Shown here: positions 17,701-26,078 of the stretch, piece after piece
How positions within the stretch are numbered: position 1 is the first letter of the stretch
How the letters are laid out: each line of letters opens with the position of its first letter
Assembly (NCBI GenBank): GCA_043727235.1
Contig: JAYSYX010000048.1
Span: 1-45,563 of the forward strand
Reading direction: 5' to 3'
Length of the DNA: 45,563 bases
DNA from: Bacteroidota bacterium
GTDB lineage: Bacteria; Bacteroidota; Bacteroidia; Chitinophagales; BACL12
The notes under the pieces: model-generated
The model's input: only the letters and a program-made list of their open reading frames with translations
What the model was told of the DNA's origin: nothing
Databases searched by the model: none
Position numbers and translations under genes: made by a program

Positions 17701-20700
17701 ATGGTTTAGATAATGATTGTGATCTTTTAGTAGATAATGGGCTGACCTTTGTAACCTATTATGCAGATACCGACGCAGATGGTTTTGGTGATATTACAGT
17801 AACTGTAACTGCTTGCTCCGCACCTTCAGGTTTTGTTATCGATGGCACAGACTGCGATGATACTGATGCTCTCGAGTATCCAGGCCAGATCTGGTATATT
17901 GATGAGGATGAAGATGATTGGGGTACAGGCACAACGATAATAAGTTGTGAACGACCATTGTATGGATTTACATCAACAGAATTAGAAAATTTAACGGGAG
18001 ATTGCGACGACCTTAATGCACTGATAAATTTAGATGAACAGTATTTTATTTATACAGGAAATTTAAATTATACATCAACAATTATTAATCCGCTCGTTGC
18101 CAATCCTTACGAAATATTTTATTTTGAAACTAAATATATTGATGCAACAAATAATTTACCTCCGGTAAGTTACCCAAGAGTATTATTGGATTTTGAAAAT
18201 AACGGAATCTATACGGATGAAAATGATCGCACAATAATTATGACACCTGCAGATATTCTTGATTTAAATACCGCAGATGGAAAAATATATTTAGCAAGTA
18301 TTACAGGTTTGGCACCAGGGGAAAACTGGACATCAAAAATTGAAACAAATACCGCTTGTATTAATGATTTCGGAACATTTAATTATCCTGATGTAGTGGA
18401 AGATCCCGACCTCGAAATTTTTGCATCTGATATTAATTTCACTGATATAACACCGGAAATAGGCGATCTCATAACAGTAACTGCAACAATTCACAATGCA
18501 TCATCTACCCCTGCAGGAGCATTTACTGTTAACCTCTTTAATCAGTTTGACGAAAGTGATTACGGCGATGTATATATTTATTCTCTTGCTGCAAATACAT
18601 CAACAACCGTTTCATGGGATATAATCACACCCTCTGTTGATGCATGGTGTCCCATACTTGTTTCAGTAGATGTTGAAGAAATGATTTCCGAATCAAATGA
18701 GCTGGATAATACAGCTGTAAGACCATTTATTAATGGTGATTTTGAAGTGCCGGGAACTATTATTGCAAATGCAACAGCTAACCCATCAATAACATACAAT
18801 GTTCCCGGTTCCTATGTTGTATATAATGGCCATGCCTATTATGATGGCATTCCAATTGAACTACTTGATCCAAGTTGTGCAGGTGCTGAAGTATCATTTA
18901 ATATACCAGGATTAGAAGCAGAATTTATCACTTATACAAATTCATTTGGCGATTTTTCAATTGCTATACCTGTAGCCGGTTTTTCTGCAGGACACTATGA
19001 AATCCATGGCACAATTACCGATTTCACTTTAACCGGTGTAATTAATATTGTGGAATTCCAAATAATAATTCCTGAATTATTACCCGACTTAACAGCAACT
19101 GTAAATATCAATGAAGATGAAATAATAATGGGAAGCACAGCTTCCGGAACTATTTATGTAGAAAATATCGGAAGTGCCACAACCGGCACAACAACACTGC
19201 TGGGCATAACACAATCCGGAGGAACTCCTATATTAAGTGATATTATTATTCCTATTTTATTACCCGGTGAATCTTTTTCACAAAATTTCAGCGGCATCTT
19301 ATTTAATGACCCCGGATCATTTAGTATTTGTGTTAATGTGAATGCAGATTATGCAATTACAGAATCAATTTATTGGAATAATGATGATTGTGATTATATT
19401 TCAGTTGGTAGTCTGCTTGGTGATGCAGGAGGTGGAGGTGGTGGTGGAACGGGAGCTTGTGATGTAGTTCCTGCTGATATTCATTTTACTGTTTCAAATT
19501 CCGGAAATTCCGCAACAGGAACTATGAATTGTAAATTATTTACAACATTTAACGGAATAGTTCAACCGGAAACCATTTTCACTGTTTCAACAATTCCGGC
19601 CGATGGCTCTGTAGCTGCAAGTTTACCATTTTCAAACTATGGCAACGGAACATATTATTATGTTGTACATATAAATCACGATGAAGCAATAGAGGAATCT
19701 AATTTTGATAATAATTTATTTTCATTTACTGTATATTTTAATGCGTGCGCACCAAATCTTGTTTTTGAATATTGTGAAGGATTAGATGTAACATCCATCG
19801 CAGGAGATTATACCGGAATAGTAACATTTGTCGCCAACGTATTAAATGCAGGTGATGGCGAAGCAATTGGCCCAATTGATGTGGAATTTTCTTATGACGC
19901 CACAACTGTTACTGCAACTTATGCGGGCAATATTGCAGCAGGTGCGGTGCAGACTATTACTATCGACGTGGCAGCACCTGCAATCGATAATTTATTAACC
20001 GCAGTAATAGACCCCGATCTTTTAATTGAAGAAACAACACATACTGATAATGATAGATCAGGATTAATGTGTTGGGACCATGCTATACTTGGAAAATGCG
20101 GACCTGATTTCTGGGAATATGAATACAATATTTTTGAAACGGTTTATCCAACTGCAGCAATTAAATCACTAGACATGTTTAATACTGATGAATTAACAGT
20201 AAGGTTCGAAATAGAAGGACCTGGTATTATCGGAACATTAAGTCTTGGAGATGCAGTTTTAACTGATGTAACAGAAACATGTTACAGTTGCGGAATTCCT
20301 GTTAATTCACCTAGTCCTTTTACTTTTATTGAAGGTGGCGAATATACAATCACAATGACAGTAGATCCGTTGAACAATTTCTATGATTGTGAACCAGCCA
20401 ACGACCAACTTGTAATAACAATTAATGTAAATGCAGATCCGGATATGCGGGTATTGTCTGAATTTATTAATCCTTCAGAATTAAATCCTGACTATCTCGA
20501 AGAAATTTCCTTATTAGTTACTTACGAAAATACAGGTATATCAAATGTTGGTGATGAAATGGAATTAAGTGTGCTCGTTGATGAAATACCATTGAGTTCA
20601 GTTTATCCTGTTCCGGGATTATTAAATGGCGACAATTATACAGTTGCAATTCCGGTAACCTGGTCATCTGATTTAAGTGGTGCACATATAATTCGCGCTA

Positions 20701-23700
20701 TAATTGATAGTGATGAAGAAATTGCAGAAAGTGATGAAGACGACAATGAATCAACCCGCGCAGTTATTGTAGGAGCCTCGTCGAATCCCGCAGTGGAATA
20801 TATTGCTGCGAACAATTATAATCCGGACGAAGGAGAGGAAATTGAACTTCAGATCCTTGTAACAAACGAAGGCGAACAAGAATGTAACACAACATTAAAA
20901 TTATATTATATAACCAATGATCTGGAAGAATCGCTGATCAATTCATGGGAACTTAGCTTATCAGGACTTGAATCAATTAATGTTTTGCATGACTGGATAG
21001 TTCTTGATAATTCTACAACCCTTATTGCAAGATTAGTAAATACTTCAGTAATTGAATATGATTATACCGATAATGAAGTTTCAACAATTATTGGAGGATT
21101 TGATGTAAATCTTATTGTAACCGATGAAAGTTGTCCTGATGCAAATGATGGAATTATTACAGCTGTTATTACAGGTGGGGAAACTCCTTATTCAATTGCA
21201 TGGAGCACCGGTGAGAATGGTACTTATATTATTGATGCACCGGGAACTTATTCAATCACTGTAACTGATAATACCGGTTTAACTATTACTGAAAGTGCAA
21301 CTATAAATGAATCAACGGAACTTCTACAAACTTTTTATGCCGATGAAGATGGTGATGGGTTTGGTGATATTTCCATTTCAGTTATAGCTTGCGAAAGTCC
21401 TGCCGGTTATGTTTCCAACTTTGATGATTGTAATGACAACAATGCTGAAATACATCCTTCTGCTACGGAAATTTGTGATGCAATCGACAATGATTGCGAC
21501 GGATATATTGATGAGGAAGATCCATCTGTTGTTGGCAATGTTTTATATTATGACGATGATGATGATGATGGATTCGGAGATATTACCGATAACCCGGAAC
21601 TTGCATGCAGCGTACCTTTAGGCTCTTCAGGAAATAATTTTGATTGTGATGATACAAATTCAACTATAAATCCCGATGCTCCGGAATTATGTAGCGATGG
21701 AACTGATAATAATTGTAACGGAATTATAGATGAACTTCCTTGTGAAGGTGATGCAGATAGTGATGGATTTACCATAAGCGAAGGAGATTGTGATGATGAA
21801 AATCCTGAAATACATCCCGCAGCTATTGAGTTATGTGATTTAATTGACAATAACTGCAATGGATTATTTAATGAAGGATTAAGTTACCTCGATTATTATA
21901 TCGATGCCGATTCCGATGGTTTTGGCGATAATTCTGCTTCAGCGGTTAATTCATGTATTGTAATGCCAGACTCAGTAACAAATAATTCAGATTGTGATGA
22001 TACAAACAATACAATTAATCCTACAGCTTCCGAAATATGTGATGCAATCGACAATAATTGCGATGGCAATATTGATGAAGGATTAATTTTCCTTGATTAT
22101 TATACCGATGCCGATGGCGATGGATTTGGTGATGAAAATGCAACAGCGGTAAATGCTTGCGAAAGTATTTCAGGTGCTGTTACTAATAATGAGGATTGTG
22201 ATGATGCAGTTTCTACTACTTATCCAAACTCCGAGGAAATTTGTAATGGTATTGATGAAAATTGCAACGGTATAATTGATGAATTACCTTCCACTGAAAT
22301 TCCGACTATTGCATGGGATCATGACTTCGGAACAACTGCCGTTGACAATGCGCAAATAATGATAGAGGCACATGATGGTGGATTTATTTTAGGTGCTTAT
22401 ACCAATATAGGAATTAATGGAGATAAAACACAAATATCCAGAGGCAATGATGATTACTGGATAATTAAAACAGATAGTAATGGTGTTAAAGAATGGGATT
22501 TCCGATTTGGTGGAACTGCATCAGATAAATTAACAAGTATTATTAAAACTTCTGATGGTGCATATTTATTAGGTGGAAGTTCTGCATCGGGAATTAGTGG
22601 TGATAAAACAGAAAGCTCCCGCGGAAATACCGATTATTGGGTAATAAAAATAAATAATGCCGGAACAAAAATTTGGGATAAACGATTTGGTGGATCTGCT
22701 GCTGATGATCTTAATGATCTGTTAGAAACCACAGATGGAAATTATTTGTTGGCCGGAACATCATCATCCGGTATTACAGGCGACAAATCACAGGCAACTC
22801 GCGGTGGCGCTGACTATTGGTTGGTTAAAATAAATACAAGTGGAACTAAATTGTGGGATAAACGATTCGGCGGAACTTCAAGCGATCAATTGTACAGTGT
22901 TGTAAATGCATCAGATGGTGGATACATTCTTGCAGGAAATTCCCTATCTGGTCTCAATGGAGATAAATCGCAAACATCGCGTGGCGGATTCGACTATTGG
23001 ATATTAAAAACAGATGAAAGCGGAACAAAAATTTGGGATAAACGATTTGGTGGTACTCAGGCCGATATTTGTCAAAGTATTACAACTACTCCTGAGGACG
23101 ATTATTTAATTGCCGGCGAATCTTTATCAAGTGCAACAGGAGATGTTTCCGGTTCGTCACATGGTTCTTATGATTATTGGATGGTTAAAATAAATACAAG
23201 TGGTACTTTATTATGGAATAACTTGTTTGGCACAAATTCTTCCGAAGATGCAACTGACGCAATTATTTTGGGTGATAATAATTATATGATCACAGGTGCA
23301 ACAAGTGCCGGTATAAACGGCGATAAATCTGAAGCATCCAATGGAGGAAATGATATCTGGATGGTAAAAACTGATACCGATGGAGATATTATTTACGACA
23401 GAAGTTTAGGTGGCAACCAAAATGATTATTCAAATGAAATTATTTCTGTATCTGATGGAGGACTTGCTGTATTAAGTAAATCGTTATCCGGCGTATCAGG
23501 TGATAAATCAGAAACAACAAAAGGTTCTGAAGACTTTTGGATTATTAAATTAACCGGATATTATCCCACTACAATATTTTATATTGATGAGGATAATGAT
23601 GGATATGGCGATATTTCATCAACAACAACAGCATGTTCTGCTCTTCCGGGATATGTTGCCGACAATACTGATTGTAACGATGAAAATGAATTGATAAATC

Positions 23701-25784
23701 CTGTTGCCAATGAATTATGCAATGGTTTTGACGACAATTGTAATACCCTTATCGATGAAGGTGTATTGGCAACTTATTATGCAGATAATGATGGTGATAC
23801 TTATGGTAATCCTTTGGTTTTTGAAATTGGTTGCGATGCATCTGTTGGATTTGTTGTAGATAATTCTGATTGTGATGATACAAATATTTCTGTTCATCCT
23901 TATGGACTGGAAATTTGTAATGGTTTGGATGATGATTGTGATGCATTAACCGATAATGATGATCCATCAATAACAGGTCAATCAACATGGTATGCTGATA
24001 CGGATGCTGATGGTTTTGGAAATATTTCAAGTTCAGTCCTTTCCTGTGAAATTCCTTCGGGATATGTTGCGGATAATAGCGATTGCGACGATTCAAATGC
24101 ATTTGTTAATTCATCAATTACAGAAATTTGTAACAGTATTGATGATGATTGTGATGGATTAATTGATAATAATGATCCATCTATAACAGGTCAATCAACC
24201 TGGTATGTTGATACTGATGAAGACGATTTCGGCGACGCTGCAGTTTCTCTTTTATCTTGCGATAATCCTGTAGGATATGTTGCAGATAATACCGATTGCG
24301 ATGATTCAAATGCATTTGTTAACTCATCAATTACAGAGATTTGCAATGGTATTGATGATGATTGTGATGGATCAATTGATAATGATGATCCTACAGTAAC
24401 AGGTCAATCAACCTGGTATGCAGATACCGATCTGGATACTTATGGTGACGCATCTGTTTCAATTTTGTCCTGCGAAATTCCATCAGGTTATGTTGCGGAT
24501 AATACCGATTGTGATGATTCAAATGCATCTGTTAATTCTTCAATAACAGAAATTTGTAATAGTATCGATGATGATTGCGACGGATCAATTGATAATGATG
24601 ATCCATCTATAACAGGTCAATCAACCTGGTATGTTGATGCTGATGCAGATGGTTTTGGAAATACCGCAATTTCTCTTTTGTCATGCAATAATCCGATTGG
24701 ATATGTTGCAGATAATACCGATTGCAATGATCTAAACAACTCTGTTCATCCACTCGCAACTGAAGTTTGTAATTTGATAGATGATGATTGTGATGCATTA
24801 ATTGATGAAGGTGTAAAAACAACTTTTTTTGCTGATAGTGACGGTGATACTTTCGGTGAAATTACAAATACACAGGATGCATGCACTGCTCCATTTGGTT
24901 ATGTTTCTAACAATACCGATTGTAATGATGCAAATGCCACAATTAATTCATCATCAATAGATATTTGTAATGATATTGATGATGATTGTGATGGAATAAT
25001 TGATGAAAATAAAATAATCGCGGTCGTTTATCCTAACGGTACATTTACGGAATGTCAAAGTCTTATGATAACCCTCACTGCAAATCCGGGAAATGGTCTC
25101 AGTTATCAATGGTATAGAAATAATATCCTGTTACCGGGTGCAACATCGCAAACATACAATACAACGCAAAACGGATTCTTTAAGGTGAAAATTTCTAATG
25201 CATTTAGCTGTTCATCAACATCAGCTGAAACCGAAGTAATTCGTATAGCGACACCTTCAGCTACTATTTCCGTGGTAGGCGGACTTGATCTTTGCACAAC
25301 AGGTTCAGTAACCCTGCAGGCAAATACCGGAGTCGGATTATCATATCAGTGGTATAGAGGTGGACTTCCAATAGCCGGAGCAACATCAAATACTTATATC
25401 GCTACAACAACCGGAAATTATAAAGTGTTGGTAGTAAATGATGCAGGCTGCGCTAAAAATTCATCCGGCAAATATGTATATTCAAGTTGTCGTGAAATTA
25501 CTGCATATGAAATGGAGAACGACTTCTATATGAATATATATCCTAATCCCGCAATAAATAATTTTAATATTGAATTGATATTAAGTTATGATTATAACGG
25601 ACCTGTTGAGATAGAATTATTCGACATGACCGGAAATAGGATATTAGATTTTACAACCTATATGCTGATAGGTGAATTATCGGAATTTGTTTCCATTGAT
25701 AACAATATTTCTGCAGGTGCATATCTCCTGAAAATAAATACAGGAAAATTCTCCTACATGAAAAAGATAATCATTGCGAAATAA
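14772..25784 (+). CDS. giant (3670 aa) mosaic T9SS cargo / adhesin-like protein
   Basis: Uninterrupted 11-kb ORF with a signal peptide ending ..VIPNEVTAQ. Modules in order: 5 FG-GAP/VCBS-like repeats (~14931-15738); MopE-like Cys/Asp modules; a ~7-repeat propeller-like array; more MopE-like modules; at least six CARDB-like Ig modules (~18405-21095); one SprB-like repeat; MopE-like modules; an exact 7 x 60-aa array (22314-23562); MopE-like modules including 4 near-identical 71-aa units; 2 Ig-like YQWYR..GAT repeats; type A CTD (..MNIYPNPAINNFNIEL..AYLLKINTGKFSYMKKIIIAK). Confidence 0.9.
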   Translation: MKTITNPLFITMNTLTAKTKKVIKSFEKVVAITSCLFLVIPNEVTAQITFETALSNPFSISVNTTLNTPHFADLDNDGDQDLISGEQFGGFLYYQNTGTTSLPTFTAGVLNPFSLAYIGAGSSMSCFDIDNDGDMDLMAGSSYGDFQYFQNIGTAFSPSFDVVQLNPFSLTDNGTGCNPNFVDLDSDGDQDLITSDYGGNFHYYQNIGTISSPSYSAVQINPFSLAVLGGFFYMDVIDLDHDDDFDLLVVASGGDLLYYENIGSSETAQFNSPQLNPFSLTDIGVPYAPTFVDLDSDGDQDLMLGDFDRNNYYFENTTSSEFYDDDADGFTILEGDCDDNNELINPLALENCNGIDDNCDGSIDDGLLAFWAPDNDGDGYGDVMNVLESCSPPMGYITNNEDCDDTNASINIGAQEICDEIDNDCDGLIDDDDPSWFANPPADIQWQQTYGNGGNDFANAFIHSPDGGYLLIGEVWGYYGREANFRSLNMSGVTVEENTFGMYGQMYPLAGIYDESIDKYIIAGKKSGDAWNPDHFWFAALNATTLELDYEYNNFGGTANYHEVRSIIKRSTGGYVVTGTTDYTGAPSFHEDYFAGVPHDIYFAKVGTNGAVIWDRAFGSSETNTGNAVMEASDGDFIIAGSSNGNGSHFVTSDVTTHLGGSDFWVFKIDSATGNIEWQSVLGGSGYEEIYSMTTTNDGNYIVAGKTNSTNGQVLGNHGGYDFWIVKISSADGSLIWQKCLGGTGNEYAFDIKNTDDGGYIVTGPTTSTDGDVSGNHGSEDIWVVKLDEGGNLLWQKCLGGSAGDRRNEFESPLESPMILADDDDGYTVASSTLSNDGDVSDNNGGYDMWLAKLSAPATSSIWYLDSDNDGYGDPFSIGFTCSAPANYVSNNDDCNDTDINVNPLGTEICNEIDDNCDGSIDEGITVFWSPDNDGDGFGDGTTILATCSPPIGYVSNTNDCDDTNASIYIDAPELCDGLDNDCDLLVDNGLTFVTYYADTDADGFGDITVTVTACSAPSGFVIDGTDCDDTDALEYPGQIWYIDEDEDDWGTGTTIISCERPLYGFTSTELENLTGDCDDLNALINLDEQYFIYTGNLNYTSTIINPLVANPYEIFYFETKYIDATNNLPPVSYPRVLLDFENNGIYTDENDRTIIMTPADILDLNTADGKIYLASITGLAPGENWTSKIETNTACINDFGTFNYPDVVEDPDLEIFASDINFTDITPEIGDLITVTATIHNASSTPAGAFTVNLFNQFDESDYGDVYIYSLAANTSTTVSWDIITPSVDAWCPILVSVDVEEMISESNELDNTAVRPFINGDFEVPGTIIANATANPSITYNVPGSYVVYNGHAYYDGIPIELLDPSCAGAEVSFNIPGLEAEFITYTNSFGDFSIAIPVAGFSAGHYEIHGTITDFTLTGVINIVEFQIIIPELLPDLTATVNINEDEIIMGSTASGTIYVENIGSATTGTTTLLGITQSGGTPILSDIIIPILLPGESFSQNFSGILFNDPGSFSICVNVNADYAITESIYWNNDDCDYISVGSLLGDAGGGGGGGTGACDVVPADIHFTVSNSGNSATGTMNCKLFTTFNGIVQPETIFTVSTIPADGSVAASLPFSNYGNGTYYYVVHINHDEAIEESNFDNNLFSFTVYFNACAPNLVFEYCEGLDVTSIAGDYTGIVTFVANVLNAGDGEAIGPIDVEFSYDATTVTATYAGNIAAGAVQTITIDVAAPAIDNLLTAVIDPDLLIEETTHTDNDRSGLMCWDHAILGKCGPDFWEYEYNIFETVYPTAAIKSLDMFNTDELTVRFEIEGPGIIGTLSLGDAVLTDVTETCYSCGIPVNSPSPFTFIEGGEYTITMTVDPLNNFYDCEPANDQLVITINVNADPDMRVLSEFINPSELNPDYLEEISLLVTYENTGISNVGDEMELSVLVDEIPLSSVYPVPGLLNGDNYTVAIPVTWSSDLSGAHIIRAIIDSDEEIAESDEDDNESTRAVIVGASSNPAVEYIAANNYNPDEGEEIELQILVTNEGEQECNTTLKLYYITNDLEESLINSWELSLSGLESINVLHDWIVLDNSTTLIARLVNTSVIEYDYTDNEVSTIIGGFDVNLIVTDESCPDANDGIITAVITGGETPYSIAWSTGENGTYIIDAPGTYSITVTDNTGLTITESATINESTELLQTFYADEDGDGFGDISISVIACESPAGYVSNFDDCNDNNAEIHPSATEICDAIDNDCDGYIDEEDPSVVGNVLYYDDDDDDGFGDITDNPELACSVPLGSSGNNFDCDDTNSTINPDAPELCSDGTDNNCNGIIDELPCEGDADSDGFTISEGDCDDENPEIHPAAIELCDLIDNNCNGLFNEGLSYLDYYIDADSDGFGDNSASAVNSCIVMPDSVTNNSDCDDTNNTINPTASEICDAIDNNCDGNIDEGLIFLDYYTDADGDGFGDENATAVNACESISGAVTNNEDCDDAVSTTYPNSEEICNGIDENCNGIIDELPSTEIPTIAWDHDFGTTAVDNAQIMIEAHDGGFILGAYTNIGINGDKTQISRGNDDYWIIKTDSNGVKEWDFRFGGTASDKLTSIIKTSDGAYLLGGSSASGISGDKTESSRGNTDYWVIKINNAGTKIWDKRFGGSAADDLNDLLETTDGNYLLAGTSSSGITGDKSQATRGGADYWLVKINTSGTKLWDKRFGGTSSDQLYSVVNASDGGYILAGNSLSGLNGDKSQTSRGGFDYWILKTDESGTKIWDKRFGGTQADICQSITTTPEDDYLIAGESLSSATGDVSGSSHGSYDYWMVKINTSGTLLWNNLFGTNSSEDATDAIILGDNNYMITGATSAGINGDKSEASNGGNDIWMVKTDTDGDIIYDRSLGGNQNDYSNEIISVSDGGLAVLSKSLSGVSGDKSETTKGSEDFWIIKLTGYYPTTIFYIDEDNDGYGDISSTTTACSALPGYVADNTDCNDENELINPVANELCNGFDDNCNTLIDEGVLATYYADNDGDTYGNPLVFEIGCDASVGFVVDNSDCDDTNISVHPYGLEICNGLDDDCDALTDNDDPSITGQSTWYADTDADGFGNISSSVLSCEIPSGYVADNSDCDDSNAFVNSSITEICNSIDDDCDGLIDNNDPSITGQSTWYVDTDEDDFGDAAVSLLSCDNPVGYVADNTDCDDSNAFVNSSITEICNGIDDDCDGSIDNDDPTVTGQSTWYADTDLDTYGDASVSILSCEIPSGYVADNTDCDDSNASVNSSITEICNSIDDDCDGSIDNDDPSITGQSTWYVDADADGFGNTAISLLSCNNPIGYVADNTDCNDLNNSVHPLATEVCNLIDDDCDALIDEGVKTTFFADSDGDTFGEITNTQDACTAPFGYVSNNTDCNDANATINSSSIDICNDIDDDCDGIIDENKIIAVVYPNGTFTECQSLMITLTANPGNGLSYQWYRNNILLPGATSQTYNTTQNGFFKVKISNAFSCSSTSAETEVIRIATPSATISVVGGLDLCTTGSVTLQANTGVGLSYQWYRGGLPIAGATSNTYIATTTGNYKVLVVNDAGCAKNSSGKYVYSSCREITAYEMENDFYMNIYPNPAINNFNIELILSYDYNGPVEIELFDMTGNRILDFTTYMLIGELSEFVSIDNNISAGAYLLKINTGKFSYMKKIIIAK
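14931..15738 (+). repeat. 5 tandem ~165-bp coding repeats (FG-GAP/VCBS-like, ~55 aa)
   Basis: Consensus LNPFSL......P.FVDLD.DGDQDL..G...G.F.YYQNIGT.. repeated five times in the giant ORF. Confidence 0.8.
22314..23562 (+). repeat. 7 tandem 180-bp coding repeats (60-aa propeller-blade-like unit)
   Basis: Seven consecutive units of the form WDKRFGG...D.L.....SDG.YLL.G.S.SG.SGDK...SRG..DYW.IK....GTKI. Confidence 0.85.
23961..24812 (+). repeat. 4 tandem 213-bp near-identical coding repeats (71-aa MopE-like units)
   Basis: GATCC(A/T)(T/A)C.(A/G)TAACAGGTCAATCAAC.TGGTATG recurs at 23961, 24174, 24387 and 24600, an exact 213-nt in-frame period. Each unit encodes DPSITGQSTWY.DTD.D.FG......LSC..P.GYVADN.DCDDSNA.VNSSITEICN.IDDDCDG.IDN. 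Confidence 0.9.
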
Positions 25785-25807
25785 TTCTCTTGAGTAATTA
25801 GAATTAG

Positions 25808-25844
25808 AAAACCCGGTGAAACTTATGTTTTGCCGGGTTTTTTC
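25808..25844 (+). terminator. rho-independent terminator of the giant gene
   Basis: Stem AAAACCCGG / CCGGGTTTT with a 16-nt loop followed by Ts, 24 nt after the stop at 25784. Confidence 0.7.
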
Positions 25845-25845
25845 A

Positions 25846-26078
25846 CAAGGAGAGAGGAGTGAGGAGAAAGGAGTTTAAATTTCTTGCGAAATTTTACCAA
25901 ATCCAACCGTTTGTTTTCCCATGTCTAAAAAAGGAGGAGGAGTGAGGAGTAAGGAGTTTAAATTTCTTGCGAAATTTACCCAAATGCCACCATTTGTTTT
26001 CCTATTTCCTAGGTCATATTTCCTCAGTCCTGTTTTCCCGTGTCCCGTATCCCGTGTCCCGATTCGCGCGCCTCGCGC
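25846..26078 (+). repeat. family-A composite repeat, dimer A4
   Basis: Unit 1: AGGAGnn x4 (25848-25875), hairpin AAATTTC-TTGC-GAAATTT (25877-25894), CCAACCGTTTGTTTTCC box. Unit 2: AGGAG repeats (25932-25958), hairpin (25960-25977), CCACCATTTGTTTTCC box, tail CTATTTCCTAGGTCATATTTCC, then CCCGT(G/A)T 7-mers x4 (26037-26064). It ends at the atpG stop codon. Confidence 0.8.

Noticed and set aside
21552-21573. (GAT)n run, and the GGA/GGT run at about 19428-19448, considered as phase-variation tracts
   Set aside because: These are triplet repeats encoding poly-Asp and poly-Gly. Slippage would stay in frame and could not switch the gene off. No homopolymer tract exists near the start codon.
23961-24812. 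Near-identical 213-bp units considered as DGR template/variable repeats
   Set aside because: There is no reverse transcriptase in the window. Differences between units involve all base types rather than adenine-specific changes. The units are in-frame tandem modules of one protein.
15085-25297. Many 60-117-aa minus-strand ORFs inside the giant gene (e.g. 21548-21859, 23749-24102)
   Set aside because: These are artefacts of GAT/GAC/AAT-rich repeat codons, which leave the antisense frames open. Their products are His/Ile/Ser low complexity. They are fully nested in an 11-kb ORF with strong domain evidence.
9786-26078. Block between family-A dimers considered as a classical genomic island or integrative element
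   Set aside because: No integrase, transposase, tRNA attachment site, conjugation or phage genes are present. The repeats are better explained as 3' elements of the upstream genes. It is kept only as a low-interest finding.
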